Assembly: GCA_032718475.1 (NCBI GenBank)
Contig: JAUCBJ010005017.1
Location: 516-64,515 of the forward strand
From: Nemertoderma westbladi
Taxonomy: Eukaryota; Animalia; Xenacoelomorpha
Reading direction: 5' to 3'
Length of the DNA stretch: 64,000 bases
Below the pieces are notes generated by a model. The model searched no databases and was not told the origin of the DNA. It saw nothing but the letters and a program-made list of their open reading frames with translations. A program made the translations under genes and the position numbers. Below, in pieces: positions 13,799 through 26,100 of this stretch. How positions within the stretch are numbered: the first letter of the stretch is position 1; each line of letters opens with the position of its first letter.

Positions 13799-14074
13799 CT
13801 TTTTAGCGGCAGCCACAGCTTTGTCGATATCAGCTTTATCACCTTCGGCGATATGGCATATTGTCTCCTCAGTGGCCGGGTTAATCGTGGCAAATGTTTT
13901 CCCGCTAACCGAATCAACCCACTCATTATTTATGAAGATTTGTTTGTGGATAATATCTGGACTCCGGTTTGGTGCGGGGAGGGCTGCAGCAGCGCTGGCG
14001 TATCGAGCCCCATTGCGTCCCGACAAGTTACTAAGTCGGCGGGTTTGGCCTACAAATAACGATAACATTTTCAT
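13799..14074 (-). CDS. ALDH2: ALDH2-like coding exon 1 with probable mitochondrial presequence
   Basis: Arg/Ser/Leu-rich leader with no acidic residues ([27 protein letters not shown]), then [27 protein letters not shown] and a GTAAGT donor. ALDH2 rather than ALDH1 is inferred from the leader. Confidence 0.85.
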
Positions 14075-14170
14075 TCAGATATTATAGTTTGTACTGCAAT
14101 ATGATAGGCCTACCGCTGTACCGGTATTGTGGTATTACAGTATTACTGTATTAGGCTACACCTACACCCT

Positions 14171-15305
14171 GGGTGACAGACGTTTCGGTCTAAGACGTTT
14201 TGGCCTAGGACGTTTCGGCCCAATGAGTTAAATAGAAGATTTGCTTGTCGGACGTTTTGGCCCAAAGATTCACTTTACTCCCTTAAATAAGTCAAATATA
14301 AAGTTTAGTCTACACAATGTAATATGTACAGTAGAAGATTATATGCATATAATTTTAATACTTTTAACTGTTAATTATATGCATATAATTTTAATACATT
14401 TAACTGTTAATTATAATACACATTAATTATTTTAAATAGGACTAATGTTTAACCTCCAATCGCTATTATACATAGATTATCGCCTGTCCCATAATATGAT
14501 ATATGGTTATACATTTAGAACCTGACGCATATAAATTGGCATAAGGTTTATTTGCAGAAGCTTCTGTATACTGTTCATCATACTAATATATAGTATAAAA
14601 ACTAAGATTTGCAACATACGATACAGTACTAAATTAATGCGGGATATTGTTTGTCTTACTGGTAATTTTGTGCTATTCTCCCTTCGCGTTCAAGAGGAAG
14701 ACGTTCCGACGTTCGAACATATGTGATAAACAAGATATCAGATATCACCTGTTCTAGAATTTCTACCGGTATGCGAAATACCAGTGCTAGTTTACAGTCC
14801 TCCAATCGTTAATATTGTCTTTATTGTTATAAAATTAAATCAATTACTTTATTAAGTTATTCTACTTTTTTTAAATATATGTCATCCTCATCATCACTTC
14901 TTACAAAGCAAATATAAACCAAACATAATTTTAAGAATAAGTTGTTCAATATATTTGTTTTGAAGTTTTTACGTTACTAGAACAATTGTTACATAGTAGG
15001 AACTCTGATCAACCTATTCTAAAGTAGTCAAGATAGACATATTGTTTATTTAATTTTGTAATAAAGGTAAATTAAATAGCCTTTTCATAAAAGATATTTC
15101 ATTAAGACTTAACAACACTTAGTGTTGTTTGTATGTTATTGTGAAATAAGTCTAATTATAATGAATAATTATTATCATATAACAGTATAATAAAACAACT
15201 TGGCCTTTTCGTTCAGTTGCAGTCATGGGCCGAAACGTCTGGACCGAATCGTCCGGGCCGAAACGTCCTGGACCGAAACGTCCTAGGCCGAAACGTCTGT
15301 ATACC
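14171..15305. mobile_element. Mutator-like non-autonomous element upstream of the ALDH start codon
   Basis: Imperfect TIRs built from 15-bp GGACGTTTCGGCC-type tandem units; 9-bp TSD CTACACCCT (14162-14170, 15306-15314). Confidence 0.75.
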
Positions 15306-17297
15306 CTACACCCTACAACAGTACAACAGTTGTTGAGAGCAGCAGTGAACACTGAACAGGCAGAAAGGTGCTGAGCTGTACGTACAGTACATACACGTAC
15401 GTTCACGTACACATACAGATGTACGTGTACGTTCACGTACACATACAGATGTACAGTCAGACAATCAGATGACGGCGCTTTGCTGCTGCTGGCTGCTCTA
15501 CCAAGGCCATCTAAATAAGTTGTAAAATATATAAATAAGTTATTTAGATGGTGTTGCTGTGTTGTGCTCTTCAGTCACACTTTTGTACGGTGATTTTGGG
15601 CCATTTCGTTCTTTTTACAGTTTTACAGAGGTTCACTGTTCACAACAGCACAATAGTTTTGAATCCATTCTTCAAAAAATATTAAAAGGAAACAATTATT
15701 AGTTTATTAGTATTAGTATTATTAGGCCTATTAGTTTTTGCTTTTCTAAGTTAAGAAATGTGGAAAGGTAAAAGTTTATCTTAGTTTTTGCATTCGTGTT
15801 TTTTTTTAGAAATATGCTTGAAAAGGAAATAATTCTTTACTACTCTAAATAATTATTAATCACTATTCTCGCGAAAGGGTGAAAAAAGTTAAACTTTTTT
15901 ACCATGTAATAAAGGACTAGGCCTACCTATTATTTGATAAAAAAAAAGTAAGCGGAAAACACCGCCTTTTTTCACTCATTATCAATTTAGCGAAATTCAA
16001 CTATTCTGTCAGAGTGGTTGAGTTTTACAAGAGTTGGCAGATTTTTAGCACGAGCGAAGCAGTGTGGGGCGAGCCACGAAGTGAGTGAGCCTTAGCGTAG
16101 TGGTACCATTAATCAACCTGTCGTTCTGTCGCGTTTTTTTTTCAGTATTTTATTTTAAACGTTAATAACTCGGCCAATCCTTGATGAAATCTATCCAAAC
16201 TTGGTACACATGTTGTTTGGCAAAAGTTTGAAAATTTTCCAAGTAGAATTTGCCTTCATGCAGCATCAGTGTAACTGTTATTGCAGTTATAATAAATTTA
16301 TTTATCCAAATTTAAAATGCGTTAAATTATTATTACTGTAGGATAAATCAGCTGGGTTTCTGACAAATTTTGCAATTCTGCATGTACCATGTGTACCGGT
16401 ACTGTCAGGCTGTACTCAATCCCTGAATCGAGAATCCTGCAATCAGTCAATACTGCAATACTGGTCAGCCGGTACCATACACTGCAGACATGCCATATCA
16501 TGTAATCTAATTAAACATGGCCCCGGAAGCCTTTCGGTGATTATAGTTTAGGCCTAATTAGCCCAGTACCGGCACCGGCAATAATAATATAATAGTTTAG
16601 ATAGTTACCACTAATCATTCAGTCATTGGCACGGTACACCGTGCAGCTGTACTGCCGTTGTAGTGCGCACCGTAGGTACCACCCATGGCCTACTACACAC
16701 AGGCCATGACAAGGACTTTGCTGCGAAATTAGCGTAGGCTGACTGTGCTGATTATGGTACTGTCAGACTGTGGTACCTAAGCTATATACTGTTAGGTATA
16801 TTGCTGTATTGGGGTGGGGTTAGGAATAATCCATTTGTTTTAGCATTGAACTTTTGAATCCCCTTATTTATTATAAAACCATTGGAAATATTCGCAAATG
16901 CCGCTCCATTACTGTCTGAAACGCTCCCGACAGTCCGATGTACCGGTATCTAGACCCGAGCAGCCGAGTTGCTTCAAGAGGTGATTAACGGGGGAATACT
17001 ACGGAATTGCTTGTTTGTCAGTACGATTCTATTTGGGTATTTACTACACTCAGACACTGGGAATACGGCGGTTGGTGGTTGGTCAGATCGTAATGCGGGC
17101 CACTGCCAAGTTCCTCATGCCTCACTCCGGTCACCCACCTGCCCACCTTGGAGTGCGGTGGGAAGAGTCCCACTTACTGACTTACGTCGATGACTGGACG
17201 AATCGACGAGGATTGTGATCTGGGTTTAGCGGTGGCCCGGATCCTGGGATCGCCTGGGGGAAATAGTTGAACGTTGGGCAGACGTTATCGCACTGGA

Positions 17298-18470
17298 TGT
17301 TCGCGCTTTCAGACCTTTAGCAGTTTAACCTGCCAAATTTAAGTGTCTTCTAGTTTATAAATCGACTTTAGCCTATGACGAGTATTTGATACACTACATT
17401 AGCCGAAGCCAGCCTATGCGCGACCATTCACCCGCTGGATATACCCGGGAGACTGGATTCGGAAGCTCTGACCTTATTGCGGTGTAGGCCTACTGTATTA
17501 TTCGATTGATCGTTAATATATAATCTCTGACAAATATTATTCACTTTCGGGAAATATTAACAGTTCCTTTAGGATGTGGCGCTCTAAGTATATAAACAGA
17601 GTTATGACTTACACTAAGCACAACAGGATGGCTATTGATTCACGTATAAAGTGCATTCTTTAGGAGATGCTATGTTATCTGTCACAATCATGCAAACTAC
17701 CGCACAATGCTGCACACCGATCTGCCGACCTTCATTAATTTTAGTCACATATAAAGAGAACAGCAACCGACACATGTAGTGCCTATGAAATAGCATTAGA
17801 TTCACTCCAAAACCAATATAATGTAAGTCGCAATTGCTATATGTAACCTGTCTCTTACCTTCAGTATATCAAGAAGATTGGGGTTTTATGATTATTTATC
17901 GATATTATCCAAATATAATAATATTCCATCAACTTATATAATTAATAATCGACAGTAAATAGCAGTAAAATAATGCGGTGTTTGTATGTGACAATATGAT
18001 TTGATAGGTTTGATATGATATGATATGCGATAACAGTTATACGTTTCATTATACATTTTAACATTTGGCTAAAGCCTGAAACACAGAAATATTCCACAGC
18101 CGGTCTTCTGGCATCAGGAAAAAGGTAAACATAAACCGTAATGCATTGCGCGATTTCCCGGAGGTTTCTGTACAAAGAACATGAGAATCGCTCTGATTGG
18201 TTGACCGAACAAAGAAACAAAGGAAAAGTTACCCGTGTACATATCAGCTGTTAGATGTCGTCATAGTAACTACACTGTATCAAGAGGATTTTGGCTTATT
18301 GCGACATAAAATCGCTAGTTATGTCCGCTAAAGTACTCATACAGAAGAAATGGCTTTTTATGTCCACTAAAACACCGGTACAGTAAGGAAACGGCTTTTT
18401 ATGTCCGTTAAAACACCTACAGAGTACTTTGCGGGGAAAATAACCAGCTAATTCCGCAAAAGCCTTTACA
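17298..18470 (-). repeat. 3' LTR of the BEL element (1173 bp)
   Basis: About 99% identical to 33268-34445 by eye (roughly a dozen substitutions plus one replaced block of about 25 bp). Confidence 0.96.
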
Positions 18471-18478
18471 CCGCTCCC
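18471..18478 (-). other. Polypurine tract of the BEL element
   Basis: Minus strand GGGAGCGG directly precedes the 3' LTR. Confidence 0.7.
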
Positions 18479-18875
18479 AGAAAATGGGATTTAATTCTAT
18501 AAAATAAAAAAAATCACAGTTTCTAAAATATGAAAATACTCTAAACAGTTAGTCTTTCTTACGCGGACGGCGTTTACGCAGTTTTTTGAGGCTAGCAAGA
18601 GTCCTTTTCTCTTTGGGGCGAGCCACTTTACTAGGAGGGCTATAACTCCTGGGTGAAGGGTGCAATACAATTGCATCAGAAGGTTTAGGATTACGGTCGG
18701 TGTATCCGCCGGTCGAGGTACCTGGTTGATCGATATCAACTTCAGTGGAGTGAGGTCTAACGGCTTTTAGGGCGCGTCTTAGGACAGCAGCTCCTACTGG
18801 TCCCTGACGAGTCGTCTGGACAATAGCGTTAGGTGGACCGTGAGTGGTGAGAAACTTCCTCGGTTTAATGGTTCT

Positions 18876-21526
18876 TTACAGCTCGCGTTCTCGGGCTCGA
18901 TATTCGTAGGGCCGTCGATGTACTTCCTGTAACTCAGGGTGCGAGTTGATAAATAAATCGCCATACTCAGGGTCTTGACGGATGAAATTGATCAAATGGT
19001 ATGAATTAATATCATTAGGATTGACGTTCCTGAGATATTTTCGAACAAATTTGGTGGAAATACACTCACCAACACGCTTCATTAGTTCGTAACTCGGTGT
19101 GCGTGTTTTTTGTTCAACAGACGCGAATAGATAAGGATGGAACGCGTAAACTCCTTCGTAGGCGCGTCCAGGGTAATAGCGATGGCGTGACTCACAATGT
19201 AAATCCGCATTCGCTTCCCAAGCTCGGATGTAGCACAGGGTAATCATCTCATCTACGCTTTCCAGATCGCGGTTAAAAGGGCAATTAAAACTGGCATGTC
19301 CTTTAAGTTGACAGTGGTGGCATTGAGTCATAAATTGGGGGCAGACTGCGAAAATGTGCGAGTTATTGAGTCTGCAATACGCACAATAGATCTCCATCAT
19401 CGGTTGTTCATGGAAATAGGAGCAGGGTACGTCTGAGTCCATAGGGGTGAAATGATCTCTCGATGTGCATAATCGGCAACGTTTTCGAGAAACATAGTTG
19501 GCATGCCGATAATCGTATTGTGTGATAGCGTAATGAGACATTGTGGACCTTGATACCATTCCAAGACGTAGTCGTTATTGCTGCTCCGGGGCGCTGTAGG
19601 CTGAATCTCCTCAGATTCTAAGCATATTGGTTCGTCTTCCAATTGCATAGCTGAGGTAGGTGCGGCTGTCTCCGCAAGCGAACCCACTGTCTGAACTTCC
19701 ACGACAGAATAACCCGTGGGTATTCGAGGTCTTTGTATAACAGATGAATGTAAGTTCTGTATACAAACGTCCTTGAAAAGGGCGAATCCCGCGCTGTCTA
19801 ACTTCTCCGCAGCTGAGTCTCTTAGGCTGAGTTTGGTCAGAGCGCGGTCCTTGAACTGACTATCAACGTTACGAAACGGAGTCAGAATGCGCCTGAAACA
19901 TTCGAAGCGGATGAATTTATTGTGTTCATCTAGCTTGGCGAGTTTGGTTCCAAGTATTAAGGGATGGGCGCGTATGGTACGACTGCACACATCGGCTAGC
20001 CAACCGGCAAGTGCGGCGTTTTCAAAGATCGTGTATATAGCTAAGGAGGGACGAAGTGGAACGCTCATAAAGCTATACACGGCGCCAGGTGCGGTCAATG
20101 GTCCGTCAAAGTATAATCGAGAATAATGATCTCCATATACTTGTTGGTAGTTGATAGGATTTCCAACCTTGAAATTCCATCCGTATTCTTGAAAGGGAAG
20201 ATGTCCGATGGAGGTCCGTTGTACTTTAGTAATGCCGCTGGGTGTATTTGCATACATAGTGCGGAAGAAACCTCGGCCTTCTGCCCAGGGAGCAATCAGC
20301 TGAGTATCGACGAAAGGATATGGAATGTTCTCCATGTTCCTGTTGTATGCCTAATATGTTTTCCGCCATTGATGGTAGAGAGCAGGGGAAAACTTATGTC
20401 GCATTCTGAAATATTCAGAAATACGATCTCAGTAGGAGGATTGTATCATTCGATGACTATCTCCAAATGAATTTATCCCCAATTATTGAGGGAGATGAAC
20501 AACCAGATTTATGACACATAATGGTACCAGTTGTTCACAAACTATCCGCGTGTCCTTTCAGTCCTTGTATCACGGTTGTGGACTTAAGGAAATTATTGAT
20601 GGTTGATTTTCTAATCAACAACGAGAGGGTGGAAGTTGATATCATAAATATCAACACAATGGTACATGGACAGGAGGTGTAGACACTAATATAAGCATTC
20701 AGATCAACAGTAAGTGAAGGGGAGGTTTATTAGGAGGCGGTACGATTCATACCACGATAACACTAGGATTGGTCGATCGTCTCCCAAAGCTCCGAGCGCG
20801 TTGTTGGGAAGAGAAGGTGGGATGAAGTATGTTGTATCTTCAATAGCGATGTATAGAGGGATAATGATAGTAAGGAGGAGGAAGGATATATGGTAGTATC
20901 TGTAAGATACCACGATGGACTTGTTTTCCGTTATGTCACCATTCATTCTTGCTCTTTAATTGTGACACTGATCACAATAATTACAGGAAGACGATGAAAT
21001 AAGAGAAAATTACAGCCTCCCGAAGGAGACTGCCCGCGAGCACCCGTGCCCCGGGGAAAATTATTCACATTATGGACCCTGGACATTAAAGAACGTCTTT
21101 TTTCCAGTGGTTCTCCTCTACTTGTCTTTACAAGCCTTCTTCCACATTCCATCTTTTGAGTCGGTTTCGAATAGAATTCTCGTGTTCTATTTTCGGTTTA
21201 TCGTTCCAACTCCGCTGGGTATGATATTTAAATAAAACCATTTCCCTTTCGGTGTCTACATCATCCGTATCGTGTAAATCGATAGGATGGCCGGTAGTTA
21301 AGAAGTCCATATACGTACCATTACGATGCGTTTAGCGAGCGGTGAATTTTCTATAGTCCAATTCACGCGTAAGTTGCTCCTGGGACATTGGCAGTTCGAT
21401 ATAACGACCATCGTCCTCCGTAGTAGTTGGACCAGCGTCGCCGCGTATCAAGCTATCAACAAACGCTTGTAAAGGTAGAGTATATCACTTCCTGATACCA
21501 AGATCATCTTCTATCAACTCAGTCAT
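18876..21526 (-). pseudogene. Accessory ORF region between pol and the 3' LTR, with a C-terminal Cys/His (CCHC-like) zinc-finger cluster; degraded
   Basis: ORFs 19397-20335 (312 aa) and 18876-19559 (227 aa; CRLC..H..C, CAYC..H..CP..CHHCQLKGHASFNC). Upstream pieces back to an ATG at 21526 continue in places through single TGA/TAA/TAG stops, with probable frameshifts. Confidence 0.6.
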
Positions 21527-23156
21527 ATCTGCTATATGAGTTTATCAATATTATAATGAGTTTATATATAGGCTAGCGGGCGTCGCTGCCTACCCCTCTC
21601 TGCCCCCGGACAGTGCAAGATCCTCAGCGCTGATGTACCGTCGTCGCTGTGTTTTCGCCAACGTAGTAGATACACAACGATAACGATAACCGGCACAAGT
21701 CACTCCACTGTCCGTCCCAAAGGCTTAGATTTACTTCAGGTTCTTGCTGTAGAGTTAGGGCTACTTTCACAATTGCGACTCGCTACTGTAAACACACTTT
21801 AGTAGTAACATTCACCTATAAACGCACAAATTCCACACAACTGTCACAAATTGTACACATTCGGGCCATTTGTCCATCAGTCAGTGCCTTCCAGAATGCC
21901 ACGTTATTATTATGTATCCTTGGATACTAGCAGTGTGCTATTTATTCCCTATGCTATTCAATGGGGTAAGCTTTCTATTGTTCTTTTAACTCACTTATAT
22001 TCTAGCGTGGTTGTTGCTATGGTGACATTATGGAAAGCTAGCAGTAGAATTAGGGTAATTCTCATGCATACAGATCTGGGATGCTATTTAATAGTAATTC
22101 TTTAATTGTCAATATCCCCTTTATACATGATTTTATGAATTTTATCGGCTATTGACTATATATTGGAGATTCTCGCACACTAATACACTTAATAGGGTGA
22201 ATCTCCGCTCCCATGATCTATTAATTAATGGAATTTTGGGAATGTTATAAATTGTATAAAAATGACAATTTATCAAATTCATTAAAATATGAATTTAAAT
22301 TTATTCCCGTAAATTTTATTATTTAACATTAAATAGACACAATTTTATTCCAGAGCATGTCTGGGGACTGGGATCCTTGATTCTAGGAAATTTGTCTTTT
22401 TAAGAGTATCGGTAAGTGCTACGATATCTTAATTGACCAGAATTTTAAAGGATCTGAATTTGACAGACTTTATAAATATTAATAATTAATATTTAAGATG
22501 GGCACCGGTTTATTCCAGAACATGTCTGGGGACGTTAACCACTGATTCTAGAATTTTGTCTTTCAAGTATATCGGTGGGTGCCGCGATATCTTAATCGAC
22601 TAGAATTACAGATGGTCAAAGGGTTAACAGATTTATTTGCATTGTACGCTACTGTTAAAGGGACATCACGCTACTATATGTATTATTTAATATACGGTAT
22701 GAGAGCAATATCGCAAGAAGCAATGTCAGTGAGAAGACGCAAGTCGTTTCCAAGGTCTACCCAGAGCTTGGTTTAGCCGAGACACGAGGATCTGAATTTT
22801 GTATTCCTAATACTCTACTTACCAATAATACTTGAATATAGTAGGAGCTTTATTTTACTTTAATAAATACGGATATTTCATCTTACTGTAGTCACGCATT
22901 TATAATATAATACGGACAGTAAGGAAAGAGAAAAGAATTATTTCTCACCGTCGCACTAAATATATAATATATAAGTAATTAAGTAAGAAACGCGAATATA
23001 TATGGCACTAATCTACTAAATAATCGCTAAAATAACCTTCTACTAAATAAAATTACAGAAAACGATTATAATAAAATTACATAATAATACATACATAAGT
23101 ATAAAAATAATGAAACAAACATAAATAATATAGCCACACACCCACTCCAGACGCTG

Positions 23157-26100
23157 TTACGTTGGGGAGTCCCTAGATGTTTGTTGGATTAGGGAGGTGG
23201 TCGTGGGAAGAGTATCTTGACTTCCATAGTTTCCGGACAGTTCTCGGTCTCTTTCCAGTAAACATAAACGACCAACTGGGCGATTGAGCTGCTGTGTCTC
23301 GAAGACAATTCCCGGTTTCTTAAAGTTACGTCACATGACGACGAGTTCTACCGATCGCACCAAACCATCATCCGAGATGTGAGTCTCGATGATACGACCT
23401 GTCTGCCACCGCTTACATGGAAGATCTGAATCCACAATAAGGACCATGTCTCCAGCGCTGACATTTTCTTGCTGCGCAAACCACTTAGTTCGAAGTTGTA
23501 GCGTGGGCAGATAATGTTTTTCGAAATGATCAGCGAAACGACGGGATAACAACTGCATAAGTTGCCAAGTTTGCCTGCAGTATTCGTCTCCGTCTGTGAT
23601 TTCCGATCGTGGGAGCATGGCTACAGGTTTCTTCAGTAGGAAGTGCGCGGGTGTTAGCGCTTCCAGGGAATCGGGACTCGATGAGACTGGCATAAGCGGT
23701 CTCTCATTGAGATAGGCGGCGATTTCCTCCATTAACGTCCGCAAAAGTTCGTCGGTGAGATACGCGCGGCACGGCACTATAAAGTGAAATGCGGTCTTCA
23801 CGCTCCTGATTAATCTCTCCCAACTTCCTCCCCACCAAGGGGCGTCGGCGGCGTTGAAGGTCCAGCTAGATGCTGTTACCCTTAGCTGATCGTCCACCTG
23901 TCTTTGATTCCAATCTTTGACGTAAGCCTTGATTTCATTGTTGGCACCAATGAAGTTCGTTCCCTTATCAGATCTCATCGTGTTACTAGTTCCAAAGCGA
24001 GCGATCTGTCGGCGTAAGCTCAATAGGAAGCTGTTAGTAGATAAATCGTTCACCATATCGAGATGGATAGCTCTACAAGTCATACAAACAAAGATGACAC
24101 ACCATCTCTTGACTATAGTCCTAGCACGATATACTTCAATAGGGCCAAATAAATCTACACCGGTATTAGTAAAGGGTGGTTCATAGAAGCTTACTCGTTC
24201 CCTAGGTAATTCTGCCTCTCGCTGTGTTAAAGGCCTACTGAATGCTTTCCTACAGGGTATGCAGTTCCTAAGAACTTGGTTCAGAGCTCTACGGGGTTTA
24301 TAAAAATAATAGCGAGTTCGAATTTCGCTAAGAACTCGTTCTCTACCAGCATGATAAAGTTTGCTGTGAACATCTACAATCATCTTGATTTGTATTTCAA
24401 GATTTCTAATGAGTATGGGAAACTTAGTGTCAAAGGATAATGGAGCGTTAGTTAGTCTTCCTCCAACACGTATTAACCCATCTATCATTGTGCTAGAGAA
24501 ACGATCCCTTAAGCGCATCTGTGGATTTCTCAACAACAGGTAATACTTATCGGAATCCTCATAGCATTGCAGGAGTCTCAGCATCTGCTTATTGGTTTCT
24601 TCATGCTCTTGGTAACTGATCTTCTCCTTCAGAAACCTGTCGGATATCTTGTATTTGGGAAGATCTTTAACAACATGAACCTGCACAGATGTCAGTGGAG
24701 CGGTATCACTATTGGTCTTCGTCCTGGAGTAGTGATAATGAAAACATCGCTTAAAATATATAACGGCCTTACAGAGCCGATTCCAGGAACTGTAGTGATA
24801 TATCGCTCTCTGCAGGAGAGGTGAGAGTCCTTGCGAGACGTCTGGTATTCCAGATTTCCAATCCCTCTCTCTGATTTCCACAACAGACTTATTTGTGGCT
24901 GTGGGTTTCGGACCCAAAGCGTCGTCTCCGGAAGTGTGTAGTACAGACAGATCTACCACGGGTTTAAATAACTTCGATTTACTCGCCCGAGTTTTAGGTT
25001 TGACTTTCTCCGCTCCCTTGGCCTGTCTAATCTCCGCCGTAGTAAGATGAGGAGGCCATTCATCCTCTTCTTTGCTTAGGAAGTCGGGTCCACCTAACCA
25101 GTCTGGAGTATCTATCAATTCTTGTGGAGTTGCTCCCCTGGAGGCGATGTCTGCTGGATTAATCGTTCCGGGGCAATGTCTCCATTGATCCATCTTCGTG
25201 CGACTAAGTATAATGGCTACTCTGTTGGTAACGAAGATGCTGAACTGACAGACTTCATTGGTTATATACTCCAACACGAGCAACGCATCGGTCCAATAGA
25301 CAGTTTTCTGCAGTGGATATTCGATCTGTTCTGTTACATTCCGGCCGATGGCTGTAGCGTATAGAGCCGCTTTTAACTCCGCTCGAGGAACTTTCAACTT
25401 GTTGTTTATCAATGCCTTAGAGGTAACCAAGGCGACTTTGATTCCATCCGGGGTTTCAACTCTCAGGTAGGCTACTATACCTATTCCCATATCGCTGGCG
25501 TCTCCAAACACATGGGGTTGATAGGAATACGTAGGGAGAACATGACAAAAACATGAACGGGAAATTATAAAGTTCTCGATGGCTGGTAGAGATTCTTCCC
25601 ATTTCATCCACTTCTTTAATAGTTCTCCCTTAAGTGGATCGTCCCATGAGTGGTTTTCAAGCCACATTTGTTGTACTAAACTCCGAGCAATCAATATAAC
25701 TGGGCTAATAAATCCCAATGGATCGAAATAAGTGCTAAGGTTACTTAAACAAATCCGTTTTGTCCGAACTGGATTATCTCGCTGTTTGAGCTGGAAAAAC
25801 AGGATATCTGTCTCTGTGTCCCATTTCAAACCAAGTGTTTTGGTTTCTGGAAGATCGTCTTTGATTAGGTCTAGATCTTTCGCTCCTCGATCTTCTACCG
25901 GGATCGATTCCAGAAACTCATGGGAGTTGCTGGTGAATTTAGTTAATCGAAATCCACCTCTTTTTAAGCACTCTACCGTTCCTTTGGCGACATCAATGGA
26001 TTCTTCCACCGATGGAAGGGACTTTAAATTGTCGTCCATGTATATATCCCGTTTGATGTTGTCGATCACCTCTTTAGAGAAGGCATCCCGGTTGTCATCA

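Noticed and set aside
17015-17218. ORF containing LTYVDD (RT-like motif)
   Set aside because: Only 67 aa with no other RT motifs; likely chance within an LTR-like sequence.
18799-18839. Hammerhead-like GGTCC-CTGACGA-GTC..GAC..GGACC antisense within the BEL 3' region
   Set aside because: The essential GAAA is replaced by AATA and no convincing stem III or cleavage triplet forms.
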